Of a stretch of DNA of 64,000 bases, positions 31,255-45,268 are shown piece after piece. Source of the stretch: Octopus vulgaris (lineage: Eukaryota); NCBI GenBank assembly GCA_951406725.2, contig OX597821.1, positions 74,462,001 to 74,526,000 on the forward strand, given 5' to 3'. The stretch's first letter is position 1. Each line of letters opens with the position of its first letter. Under the pieces are notes generated by a model. The model was not told where the DNA came from. It searched no databases and saw nothing but the letters and a program-made list of their open reading frames with translations. The translations under genes and the position numbers were made by a program.

Positions 31255-31609
31255 ACATATACTTACATACGTATCAATGGTGTCAGCTACAGAATTTACT
31301 GATCATTAAAGTAAACGAACACAAGAGAATTATAAGAATTGTTTTTACGATGGATATGTTTATATATTGTGTGTGTATAACACTGAATTATCTAATGCAC
31401 ACACCAAGAGGGGGAAAAAAAGCTTCTAACATGGAGTTGGTTTTGTGAGATTTGATTTGACTCTAACGTTTCTTATTTACACTGGAACGGCCCCAATTCG
31501 CTAGCCCCGCCTGAGGCTATTTATTTTTATTGATCTTAGAAAGACTAGAAATATTGTTGAACCATCTCTTCAGCTGTTTCTGCGCCCAAGTCAACTTCTG
31601 ACTGTAACA

Positions 31610-31828
31610 ATCTTTTCTATTATATAGGCTAAAGGCTTGAAATTTTGGGAATGGGCGTAAGTCGATTACATCGACCCCCACTATATGACTGGTAGTTATG
31701 CTATCGAGCCTCGGTAGATGAAAGGCTAAGTCAAGCTCGGTGGAATTTGAAGTAAGAACGTTAAGTCGAACGACACACCGTTAATTACTTCGTCCGGCAT
31801 GCTAACGATTCTGTCAGTTCACCGCCTT
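31610..31828 (-). mobile_element. SINE family C
   Basis: AGTCGATTACATCGACCCC...GATGAAAGG...GGAATTTGAA...GCTAACGATTCTGTCAGTTCACCGCC. Confidence 0.85.
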
Positions 31829-31996
31829 CTTCTGACTGCAATTCTAATAATAGATTTAATTCTTTTCAAATTAATCAGAAAACCAGTAATTTTGAGAGGA
31901 ATGGTCGTCAAAATTGTCACTGTTGTCCATCGCTACCATGACAAAATTAGGATTCCTTCTTTTAAGAGGGGAAAATCTTTACTGTTGTGGGTTTCT

Positions 31997-32061
<65 letters not shown>

Positions 32062-32512
32062 TTATATATACAAACATGCATACATATATATATGTGTGTA
32101 TATGTACATATATATATATACAAAAATACATATATATATACATATATATATACATATATACATACATCTATATATATATTTATATATATAAATATATGAT
32201 GTGTGTTCGTGTGTGTGTATTTATGTGTATGTTTACATGTATATATATGTATATATACGTGTACATATGTGTGTGTGTGTGTGAATATAAATATGTATAT
32301 ATATATACATCTATATCTATCTATGTATATGTATATAAATGCGTATACATGTATGTTTGTGTATATATATATACATACACACACACACACGCATAAATCT
32401 ACATCTGAGTGCGTAATCCTGAGGTGTTCCTCAGACGCCTTCATCTCAGCTCATATGTTGAGATTAAAACAATAGTTTGAGATGTAGTTATCGTAACCAT
32501 AAACAACACAAT

Positions 32513-32633
32513 TTCTTCTTCTTCTTCTTCTTCTTCTTCTTCTTCTTCTTCTTCTTCTTCTTCTTCTTCTTCTTCTTCTTCTTCTTCTTCTTCTTCTTCT
32601 TCTTCTTCTTCTTCTTCTTCTTCTTCTTCTTCA
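32513..32633. repeat. (CTT)n microsatellite
   Basis: Directly visible pure polypyrimidine tract of about 120 bp. Confidence 0.98.
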
Positions 32634-32703
32634 TGTGAACATTACATTGAGGCTGTTCATTTTTCAACTGAAAAAAAAATTATCATTAGTAATGATGATG
32701 AAG

Positions 32704-32817
<114 letters not shown>

Positions 32818-32872
32818 TTGATGATGATGATGATAATGATGATCCTGATGATGATGAGGATGATAATAATAA

Positions 32873-33147
32873 GAAAGAAGAGTCGATAGATATGACAGGT
32901 TAGCTTGGGAGTTTAAGCAGTTGTGGTCGATGAAAAAGGTGGTAGTAGTACCAATAATTGTCGGAGCTCTGGGAACAGTGAGTAAATACCTTGAGAAGTA
33001 CATGGGACAAACAGGGGCTGCAGTAAGTGTGGAGGATTTGCAGAAAACAGCACTGCTTGGGACCGCTCGAATACTCCAGAAGGTGTTCACTGGTAGTGAA
33101 CGGCTGGCACCGTAGTACATCTCCGGCGTTAGAAACTGTGCAAAGGC
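32873..33147 (+). mobile_element. R4/Dong/Rex6-type non-LTR retrotransposon 3' end (C-terminus of the RLE domain)
   Basis: In-frame ERRVDRYDRLAWEFKQLWSMKKVVVVPIIVGALGTVSKYLEKY...LQKTALLGTARILQKV, with (TAA)n-rich arrays on both sides. Confidence 0.88.
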
Positions 33148-33845
<698 letters not shown>

Positions 33846-34437
33846 ACATAGTGATAATTCTAATAACATTGATAATGGTCAGTGTTAAAGTGTTTTGTCG
33901 TCCATCTTCGTCCCCGCAAATACAATATCTTAAATCTTCACAAACTTCTGGTGAATTCTGCTGCCAGATCTGGGACAATGCTTTCACTATACACAGACAA
34001 AGAGAAGCCAGATGTGAAATTGCTCTACAGCACCACACGACGACATATATCATCTCCTTTACCCCTTCTTTTCTCTCCATACTACAGTAAAAGTTGATCT
34101 TCCAATTTATTTGGACTCATACCTCCCTTATTCAGTCATCCAGACTCATTCATCTCCCTTTACCTCATTCATATTACCTCCACCAATACCACGTCCTAGA
34201 CTAATTATTTACTCCACGACCCAGGCCGGATTCCACTAGATGTTGGCACTTCTGAAAATCCCACCCAGACATACATTCATTCATACATACATACTTACAT
34301 ACATACATATATACATACATACATATATACATACATACATACATACATACATACATACATACATCATACATACATACATACATACATACATACATACATA
34401 CATACATACATACATACATACATACATACGTACGTAC

Positions 34438-34495
<58 letters not shown>

Positions 34496-34518
34496 TACTA
34501 TATATTGTATATATACAG

Positions 34519-34690
34519 GAGTAAGCGCATAAATGCAAAACAATGTGGAAAAAGTAATACTCGAATATTAACAGAAGAGTACTATGCTTTTTATTAACGC
34601 TGCAAAAACATCACAAAATAACCTGTTAGTCAGAGTTTCACGTTCCCGTCCATCGGGCAATTGTGATCAAGAATCTATTAAGAAAACTGT
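34519..34690 (-). mobile_element. Penelope-like pseudo-LTR fragment with degenerate hammerhead
   Basis: Minus strand reads CCGATGG-ACG-GGAA-CGT-GAAA-CTCTGAC-TA-ACAG at about 34622-34657. The fragment is bounded by (TA)n. Confidence 0.5.
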
Positions 34691-34719
34691 ATATATATAA
34701 ATATTTATAAGCAAAAATG

Positions 34720-34755
<36 letters not shown>

Positions 34756-34949
34756 CACACACAAACACAGACACACTCACACACACACACATATATATAT
34801 ACATATATATATACATATATATATATTCATATATATATGTCTATATATATATAAATTTGTATGTATGTATACATATATATGAGTGTATGCATATACATTC
34901 ATATACATACATACACACACACACATATATATGTATATATACACAAAGT

Positions 34950-34987
<38 letters not shown>

Positions 34988-35109
34988 TATGTATTTATGT
35001 ATGGATGCCTATATGTATATTATTTAATAACAGTAGGATTCAACTCCATGTGACCATGTAACTTAAAGTTCCTTGAACTCCTAAAACGAATCGAGGTCTA
35101 CGAAATATT

Positions 35110-35632
35110 TTATTCGTACTGGTTCAAGGCAGAGGCTGGGGTCATGCTGGAGCACCATCGTTCTGTGTGTTTGAGTTTCCTTACTCTACTGTTTCTGGTG
35201 AAATAGCGAGCTAGACAGAAGTGCTCTTCTTTGGGTTACGTGCTGCGACGTGAGTTCATCTCGTATTGCATATAAAATTTAGTCAGTTTTTCAAATCCTC
35301 CAGATTTACACCGCACAAACCCCTGAGGTCGTTTGGCAGAATGTTGAATAGTTGTGGACCCTTAAACCCAAACTTTTACAATACTGAGTCCTTATTCAAG
35401 ATGGAGAAACTGGGATCTTTAGCACTGTACCGTGCCATCCAGTTCGGTGGTTGGTATAGCTTTCAGTTTCAAAATTGGCAGCAAGACCTTCCAGTATCTT
35501 CTAAATGTATATCACTGCATATATTTCACGCCTTCTCTCCAGGGAGTGGAACTTCAATTCACGTAGCTTCGCCCAATGGCTCATCTGTTTCACCGAGTCA
35601 ATCTTCATTGTGGGACCGGATTGTCTTAAGTT
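35110..35632 (-). mobile_element. CR1/L2-type LINE 3' end, degraded
   Basis: KIDSVKQMSHWAKLRELKFHSLERRREIYAVIYI*KILEGL... on the minus strand. The 3'UTR carries GGTGCTCCAGCATGACC. Confidence 0.85.
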
Positions 35633-35719
35633 CAACACACAGAGACACATAGACACACATGTATCTATGTATGTATATACATACATACATACATACATAC
35701 ATACATACATACATACATA

Positions 35720-36028
<309 letters not shown>

Positions 36029-36030
36029 AT

Positions 36031-36146
36031 ATGTGGCAATTAGTTGGTTGTCGTAATAAAACTCAGACTTTTGGATAATGTGACTGAAGTCTGCTCCGGT
36101 ATCAGAAACTCTGAGTTTTATCATGACAACCAACTAATTGCCACAT
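36031..36146. repeat. 116-bp hairpin with 37-bp arms (2 mismatches)
   Basis: ATGTGGCAATTAGTTGGTTGTCGTAATAAAACTCAGA versus TCTGAGTTTTATCATGACAACCAACTAATTGCCACAT. Confidence 0.93.
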
Positions 36147-36244
36147 TATATCTATACATAAATTCCCCAATTTTACATAATTTCGAGGTCTCATTCATTC
36201 TTTTGTTGTCATATTATTGTTATTACATATATATATATATATAT

Positions 36245-36412
36245 AGTTGAAATTTACAGAAAAACAAAAGACGAGGACAGGTGTATAAACAAAAAGCAGG
36301 TGTATTAGTTTAATGCTCGGGAAAGTGAGAAAGTCTTTTACGCTCTCTAACAGAAAGGAACACGAGGAAATAAACAGAGAGAGAATAGAAAAAACTTGTG
36401 GAGTTATCGGTC
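36245..36412 (-). mobile_element. Penelope-like pseudo-LTR, hammerhead core apparently deleted
   Basis: Minus strand TTCCCGAGCATTAAACTAATAC...GTCCTCG aligns with TTCCTGAGCGTCCAATAATAC...GTCCTCG at 35845-35886. Confidence 0.55.
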
Positions 36413-36419
36413 ATATATT

Positions 36420-36467
<48 letters not shown>

Positions 36468-36737
36468 GGAAAAGGGAGAGAGAGAGTGATAAATAGATAG
36501 ATAATTAGGTAGATAGATAGCTACATTGATAGATATATAGTTGAATAGATAGATACATACATAGATATATAAATATAGATATGAATATATATACATATAT
36601 ACAAATATATATACATATATATATACATATATACAAATATATATACAAATATATATATATTTATTTATATTTATACGACATATGTAACATTATCTACTCT
36701 TTTCGTAGATTTCTTTTGCCTACTGGAGTTAGTGTAC

Positions 36738-36794
36738 GACAGTTGTTGCGCTGATGAGGCTTATTGAGGTAGAAACACGTGATATAGACTGTCG
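36738..36794 (+). ncRNA. Degenerate minimal hammerhead motif
   Basis: CGACAGT..CTGATGA-GGCTTATTGAGGTA-GAAA-CACGTG..ACTGTCG, with a 7-bp distal stem I and palindromic stem III. Stem II and the NUH site are decayed. Confidence 0.5.
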
Positions 36795-37080
36795 GCTTTT
36801 CTCCAGAAAAATGCTTGTCCTTTTCCTAAATGGCATGTCAACATTGGAAGATACTTGATTCATGAGACGATCTCCCTTTCTCAAGTAGAGACGGTGTTTA
36901 ATTATCACTTGTTAATTGTCTTACATCCTCCAGAGGCGGAGATAATTTTAATGGATAACGAATTTATTGTAATGTATTTGATATGCATGTATTTGTATAT
37001 GTTGCTAAAATACATTTCGCTGGTACTTCGAGTTATTTTTCTTAGCTAATTTTTAAAAATACACACTCACACATTATGTA

Positions 37081-37221
<141 letters not shown>

Positions 37222-37400
37222 ACGCATTTATGCACGCGCAACAGGCGCAAACACATATGTGACTCGGGCTACGTATGTATAAAAAATATGTCCGTACATG
37301 TACATACAATGTAAATTATACGGCTAATGAATAATAAATTAAGAAACATTTTTAATAACAGAGAAATCCCTTGACAGAAAACTTGGCTACACAATAAATG

Positions 37401-37468
<68 letters not shown>

Positions 37469-37563
37469 CATACATTTATTGTGTAGCCATAAATGTATAT
37501 ATATATATATATACACATATATATATATATATAAGTGTGTGTGTGTGTAATATATATAATATA

Positions 37564-37810
37564 GTGGAGGCGCAATGGCCTAGTCGTTAGGGCAGCGGAG
37601 TCGCGGTCATAGGATCACGGTTTCAATTCCCAGTTCGGGTGTAGTGAGTGTTTATTGAGGGAAAGCACCTAAAGTTCCTCGCGGCAGGGGATGGTGGCGA
37701 ACCCTGATGCACTCTTTCACCACGACTTTCATTCTTTCTTCCTGTTACTGTTGTACCTGTATTTCAAAGGGTCAGCCTCGTTACACTCTGTGTGACGCTG
37801 GGTCTCCCCA
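37564..37810 (+). mobile_element. SINE family B variant (different central module)
   Basis: tRNA-like head TGGCCTAGTCGTTAGG...GGTTTCAATTCCC. Tail TGTACCTGTATTTCAAAGGGTCAGCC is shared with 45487 and 58034. Confidence 0.85.
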
Positions 37811-37934
37811 GTGATCTACAACAACAATATCATCATCATAATCAACGACAACAACATCTATTACAAGTAATAGGAATTGGCAACACCCATATATGGCAAT
37901 CTCCACTAAAACGATACTCCAATGTCATTATAAC

Positions 37935-38066
<132 letters not shown>

Positions 38067-38627
38067 TGTAAATTTTGATCTTGTGTTGCTTTGAAACCTA
38101 GGTAACCATTGGCAACACATCTATAGCATCAGAATTATCATTTTACACAGCTTCCTCTAACGATTGCATCACCACTACTACCTCCCCACCACTACCACCA
38201 CCACCTCCACCATCATCATCATCATCATCATGGTCATCATCATTGCACAACAGGACCACCACCACTGATCACGTAACAATTACTGCAATATTCACTGCCA
38301 TTATAACACAAGAACAACACCACGATTATCCACCATCCGCTTCCATCCTCTGTTGCAGTATCGGAGACAACAGCAAGAACAACAACAAAATACAACAACA
38401 ACAGCAACAACGGGCAACAAAGATAAAAAAAAGTCAACAATAACGCAACAGGAAGTGGCAATTCATTTCAAATCACAATAAATAAATAAAGAAATCGTGT
38501 CAGAGATCGCAGAGTGATATATGAGTTTAAACAAGGCGTGACATAACCGGGGGTGTGGTCGGAGTGGTTAGCAGGAAAACATACTACTACTACTACTAGT
38601 AGTAGTAGTAGTAGTAGTAATAATAAC

Positions 38628-38659
<32 letters not shown>

Positions 38660-38664
<5 letters not shown>

Positions 38665-38790
38665 GTTTCAAATTCTGCCATAAGGGCTGTCATTTGGGGG
38701 ATGGGATGAGTTGATTACATCGAACCCCAGAATTTGACTGGTACGTGATTTATCGACTCCAAAAGGATGAAAGGAAAAGTCTACCCCCAC
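38660..38790 (-). mobile_element. SINE family C, 3' part with (TTA)n tail
   Basis: ATGGTTTCAAATT...GATTACATCGA...AAAGGATGAAAGGAAAAGTC directly after (TAA)n. Confidence 0.8.
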
Positions 38791-38851
38791 GGCATGATAC
38801 TAACTGTAATAAACGGTACTGATGATGATTTCTTTTATTTGCCACCAGCGC

Positions 38852-38889
<38 letters not shown>

Positions 38890-38891
<2 letters not shown>

Positions 38892-39230
38892 GATGTAGCA
38901 TCTTAAAGCAAGAATTGATCCTGTTATTGTGGATCTCCTAGGTATGATAAAAAAAAGTGATGTTAGAAACATCTAGACAAGATCCCAGGAGAACCATGTC
39001 TCAGAGAAATCCCAAAAATATTGTGGTGACAAATACTGTCTACATCCATAGAAAAATCCAATCCATTTAAATGTCTGTGTTGTATTACATGAAGATATTT
39101 CGCTCCTGCCCCTGCCACTTCCCCTCCCCAATCTATCAGTCACACTGCAACATCTTTTTAACCTTCACTCGCCCCAGGACAATGTGTGTGTCTCGGCAAG
39201 TGACTGTAAAAAACATGCAGATTAAAAGTA

Positions 39231-39232
<2 letters not shown>
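38890..39232 (+). mobile_element. Second R4/Dong-type LINE 3' end (different subfamily, frameshifted)
   Basis: Fragments read PVIVDLLGMIKK..KHLDKIPGEPCLREI.K..VTNTVYIHRKIQSI*. (TAA)n arrays lie at both ends. Confidence 0.75.
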
Positions 39233-39294
<62 letters not shown>

Positions 39295-39355
39295 TAACAA
39301 CAACAATAGCAACAGTAACAACTACTACCGTTGACCCTGCTGCTACTACTACTAT

Positions 39356-39413
<58 letters not shown>

Positions 39414-40376
39414 GCTACTGCTGCTGTTACCACTTGTTGATGTTGATGGCACTGTTACTTAGAGCCAGATGAATTATGATCGAACGTATCTATTTTTCAA
39501 AGGCATTCCAACAATGACCACTCCATCTGATAGACTAATTGTATTTAGGACTACCACAATATACACATATCTCTTCTTCCTTTTAGGTCAGTGAATGAGA
39601 GAATAATCTCCACATTTCTAGCAAGGCAAGAATTGAGCCCTTCTGGTTGTTTCGATTTGCTCCATTTAAATAGAACAAGGAAGTTTACTCGAAACTCTCC
39701 TGTATTATTACGTCTCTGGCTCATATAACTGAAATGAATTTTTGATTCTTGGTCGCTGAATGAATTCATTAACAAATTACCTTGCTTGTAGTTTATTAAT
39801 TTGCCGCCAAATTGAGGTGGCTTAGCTTTCTTTAGCTATTTTCATGTTATACAGACAGGAACACTGTAATGGTTTTGATGTTGGTCGTCGGTAATGCTGG
39901 TAGAAAGGAATAAATGGGATGTTGTAATGTTCAATCATTTCTGAAAAGGATAATCGAAGTGGAATGACATACTTGAAGCTTGAAATGGAAACGAGGTCAC
40001 TGACTTCAATGAGTGACAACTTACCGTATATTCATTCACAATATGACATCAGCGCTCTCCTTTTCAGGTAGACATAGTTTAACTAATTAGTAAGTCAAGC
40101 GTGTATTGTAATATAATAAGCCCTTTTGTGGTTAGGAACGGGGCAGGAGAGAGTCGGGGAGGGTGAGGTGCTCAGAGGGAGGGTATGCATTATGACATTT
40201 ATGTTATTTTGTCGATGTTTCTGTATTTCGTATCATTATCATTATGATGCTGCTGTAAGAACACATATGTATGTAACCAAAACTCTTCGCCTTCCCACAC
40301 AATTCCTAGGTAACTCATACCTAACATCGCTCCTTTATATGAATTATTATACTGAAGGAAAGAATTAGAAAGTAAA

Positions 40377-40457
<81 letters not shown>

Positions 40458-40829
40458 CACTTCACTTCCTCACAAGGTGATGTCATCATATCAGCAGGTT
40501 TCGCTGTTCAACAAAGGTGCTGTTAGATGGTCGCTTGATATTCTAGAATTAAACAGTCATATCACACCCGAATATCTTGAATAAACGGTACATATTGAAC
40601 AATGTAATTCCTGCTTTATAAATCGATGGAATAGGGGCTGGAATTCCTTTCGTTATAAATCGATTCGACGAGAGCTGATCTTAGAATTCGTACAAGGCAA
40701 CAATGACATGATTATTTCCGACCAGCGAAAACATAGTCTCTGCAAGAAATAGCAGCCAAATTTCCTTCAAATCATATATCCTAGTGTCTTTAATTAGCAA
40801 CGAATACATTAGGCAATGTAGCCATATAT

Positions 40830-41030
40830 GTTTTGTAAGTCATTAGACTGCGGCCACGCTGGAGCACCGCCTCGAACAATTTTAGTCGAATGAATCGACT
40901 CCGGTACTTATTTTTAAAGTTTGGTACTTACTCTATCGGTATCTTAGGCCGAACCGTTAAGTTACGGGGGTCATAAACACACCAGCACCGGTTATCAAGC
41001 GGTAGTTGGGGACAAACGGACACAAAGACA
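40830..41030 (-). mobile_element. SINE family A, 3' half
   Basis: AGTCATTAGACTGCGGCCACGCTGGAGCACCGCC...GGGGACAAAC. Confidence 0.88.
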
Positions 41031-41499
41031 CACACTCACACACTCGCATACACGCCTTACCATACAGCCACGCCTGCACCTATATGTATGAATGTATGTA
41101 TGTGTGTATGCATGTTTGTATAAGCTTAATTTGCTAAGACTCACATATGAATGTAATATACCATTCATTTATCTTGAATTATCGGGAAAGCTATTGAATT
41201 TTCAATCAGGTCATGTATTGTTTAGTGGATCTAAGAGAAGTAAATCAGTGCTGTTAACTCCACCCATGGAAAAGACGCTAGAGTATTGCAACTAATTTCC
41301 CCTTGTCTATAACTTTTGAAAAACAATGACTGATACTTGTATAAAAGTAGTGGAAAGTGTGACAAATGATAATGTCCTTAGTGGAGGTACAAACAGACAT
41401 AAAACTTGCAAGATATCAAGCCATCGCCTCGAAATTACATACAATACACACACACATACATACACACTCGCACAAAAACAAATGCGTACACACACATGC

Positions 41500-41627
<128 letters not shown>

Positions 41628-41782
41628 CGAGAGAGAAAGAAAGAAAGAGATAAGATAAGAAACAGATTTGTTTTAAAGGATTGAAGAGTATGTGTTTCCC
41701 CACTAAAATATTTTCTACCTTTTATATATATATATATATGTATATATCGATCTATATCTTTATGTATATATTTATGTATGTC

Positions 41783-41877
<95 letters not shown>

Positions 41878-42908
41878 TCATACATACAGAAATACTTAAC
41901 GATATATATACAAACGAACAAAACGAACTTAACACACGTGCATGCGCTTGCGCGTATATGCACCCGTACGTATAAATGATTATTGTATGCAAGTTAATTA
42001 AAATCTACAAGGCCTTGAAATTTAAACGGTGAATGATTGAGTACAAGATGGTGAAAACCAACAACACGAGCATAATTTATTTGTTTCATTAAATAACTTT
42101 TTGTATTACAAACTGGCCACCACTGAGCAGGTATGCTGTCAAGAGAAACTCGAAAATGGTAATTAACAAAAGCAAACGCATACATACATACATACATACA
42201 TACATACATACATACATACATACATACATGTATACACGCATGTACTGAAACACAGCCGTACCTTTAATTCCTGTGGTGTTTATGTAATATGTACATAGCA
42301 TGTGGTGGGTTCATTTTATTTCATTGTTCCTCGTCACCTTTTCATCAAAGAGAGAAATTATTCTTGCAAAAATATTAGCCATTCTAGTTTCACAAAAAAA
42401 GAACTGAGATTTTTTGGCTGCGAAGCTTAGATTCCATGGTAATTTTCTCTTCCCACCTCTGTCACCCTCACCATCTCTCCCTGTCTTTGGCTTCCTCGAT
42501 CTCCTTTTCTCTCCGTACTTTTCTATCTGGTCGACACACCTGTTGCCCCTCGCTTGTGACGCCCTCTGGAAACTTCTTGGAATACGTGGCAGGGGAGGCC
42601 ATTTGCTCACAGAAGTAGATATACTTCTAAGAAAATGTTCGAACTCTTCGGCATATATTCAATGATGGAGGGTTGCTTACAGCTACATGCCTTGGTAGTA
42701 AACCCTTTAAGAAACTACATATAGGGCCTTTACATTTGTGACACATTTATAACGGTGACCTCCAGGTAGTGTTGGGTGACATAATCTCGTTATGCCCAAA
42801 CCACAGCAACTCAACAACTGCACGTACTACAGAGTTACGTATCGAACACAATATACACATATATACGCACATAAGTACCTATACCCTCCGAAGCATATAG
42901 AACCATAG

Positions 42909-43400
42909 GTTTTTTAAGTTATCTCTACGGATTTTCTATTGCAATTAGCATCAACCCTGAAAATTACGATGTTTCGTATACGAATACGTCTATGTAAACA
43001 ACGTGATTCGAGAGAGAAAAATAGGTAATTTATGTATATGGATATTTCAGGAGTTCTTGCTCCTTCATCAGTACCACATCCAACCCATTAACCACCCACG
43101 AACACATTGCTTTAATAGCTACTAAATTTAGCGGTGTAACACAATTGGATTTACCAATTTTTACATATTAAGCATATTCCTGGCAACTGTTTAGGGACAC
43201 CGTATTTCGTGGAAGGTTTGTGGGTTGGATGTGATGCAGACGAAGGCTGAAGAATTCCTGAGATATGCATATACACCCATTAACTTCATTTTCTACCTTC
43301 GATCGCATTGTTTACATAAACACATTTGCATACGAAACATCGTAACTTTCAGTGCTGGCACCAGTTTCTAAAGAACATCTATAACGATAACTTTAAAAAG
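42909..43400. mobile_element. Fold-back element with ~190-bp diverged inverted arms, each carrying a hammerhead motif
   Basis: 42909-43102 aligns to the reverse complement of 43206-43400 (for example TTACGATGTTTCGTAT/ATACGAAACATCGTAA and CACATCCAACCCA/TGGGTTGGATGTG). Confidence 0.85.
43028..43078 (-). ncRNA. Minimal hammerhead ribozyme motif with canonical core
   Basis: Minus strand reads CTGATGA-AGGAG-CAAGAA-CTCCT-GAAA-TAT-CC-ATA-TA. Stem I is decayed in this copy. Confidence 0.6.
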
Positions 43401-43843
43401 TAACTGAATCGCACTGCTAACACAGGAAGGACTGTATTATAAGCCTCTAATACACTTGGGAATATATTATCATTGCATAACGATGTCCTGACCAGAAATT
43501 AATATAGAGACTATCACCAAAGCCACACACTTTCACTTCAGTAATTCAACCTTATATTGATATCCATAAGCTTTGTTAATAAATTGCTCACAAAATCGAA
43601 GTTATATGCACTTGAAGTGGTTCACCTGCTGAATGTCAACAACAGTTGTCTGCCCTTTATAACGTCGAATTCACGGCCAAAATCCCCGGATCAAACCATA
43701 TTTCTCTACTCCGACTCCATCCGCAATTTATATTTTACGATTTTTCTTTTCTCTTCGTTTTTTCCGCTGGTTTCTATTTTCATCAGACGACATTATTAGT
43801 CTTGGGAAAAGTCATGCTGCATGCCATGTTATCGACTCCACCC

Positions 43844-43875
<32 letters not shown>

Positions 43876-43944
43876 TCTGTATGTCCGTGTCGGGTCGTGG
43901 CATTTGCCACAACCTCTCTCTCTCTCTATCTCTCTATTATCCTC

Positions 43945-44231
43945 TATATTTCATCTTTTACTTGTTTCAGTCATTAGACTGCGGCCATGCTGGGGTATCA
44001 CAGTTCTTAATTTTTGAAATGCTTGACTCACACACACACACACACACACAGATATACACGCATATATGACGGGTTTCTTTCAGTTTCCGCTCACCAAATC
44101 CACTCTCAAGGCTGAGATCGGGCCGAGGCTGTAGTAGAAGACACCTGCCAAAAGGTTCAACGTAATGGGACTCAACCTGGAACCATATAGTTGAGAAATA
44201 AGCTTCTTAGCATACAGCCACGTCTGCGCCT
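43945..44231 (-). mobile_element. SINE family A with internal deletion
   Basis: Tail CTTGTTTCAGTCATTAGACTGCGGCCATGCTGG, then (CA)n, then the 5' half including the head. Confidence 0.85.
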
Positions 44232-44480
44232 GTTTATATAAATAAGAATGTAACATATTCACTGAGTCTGTGAGATAAATTGGAAATCTTTCAGTTAAAA
44301 TGAGTCAAAGTGTGTGTGCGTGTGACGATTCACATGTGTATGCATGTGTTAGTGACAGAGTGACTATAGCGGAGCTATGGTGACGGAAACGATGGTGGTG
44401 GATGATTCCAGTTTTAAACATGGCGGGCAAAACATAAAATAACACAAGACAAAATGGTAGATGCGTTAATTAGTGACACA

Positions 44481-44511
<31 letters not shown>

Positions 44512-44707
44512 TGTATGTATGTATGTATGTATGTATGTATGTATGTATGTATGTATGTATGTATGTGTGTATGTATGTGTGTGTGTGTGTATATTCCAAT
44601 TTCATGATAAAGCGTCTGGAGTGTGTACTTAATATGTGCCTGTGTGTATGTATACAAACCTATATATGAATTGATTACTCAAATGAAACCAAGGCAACTT
44701 GCATACA

Positions 44708-44738
<31 letters not shown>

Positions 44739-45073
44739 GCATATGTACAAATATGTACGAATGCATGTATGTATGTATGCATATATGTATATGTATGTAT
44801 TTATGTATATGTATGTATGTACAGATAAGTATGGATTGTATGCATGATGGTCATCTGTGAGATGAGTTTTTCTTCCAAACAAGTTGCACAAAACAAATCT
44901 GTGTGATGTCTGATTTCCTCCCCCTCCTCCTCCTCATGATCATCATTAAGCGACTAATTTGTCTTATTTATTAGTCAGTGTTTCATGTATAGTCTGAAAG
45001 TGTTGGGATGGTCATCAATATTTGAAATCAATTTTGATTTTGCCATGTGATGAAGTGGTTGTTTATAGATATA

Positions 45074-45127
<54 letters not shown>

Positions 45128-45161
45128 ATTTATATATATATTTATATATACATGTATGCAG

Positions 45162-45268
<107 letters not shown>

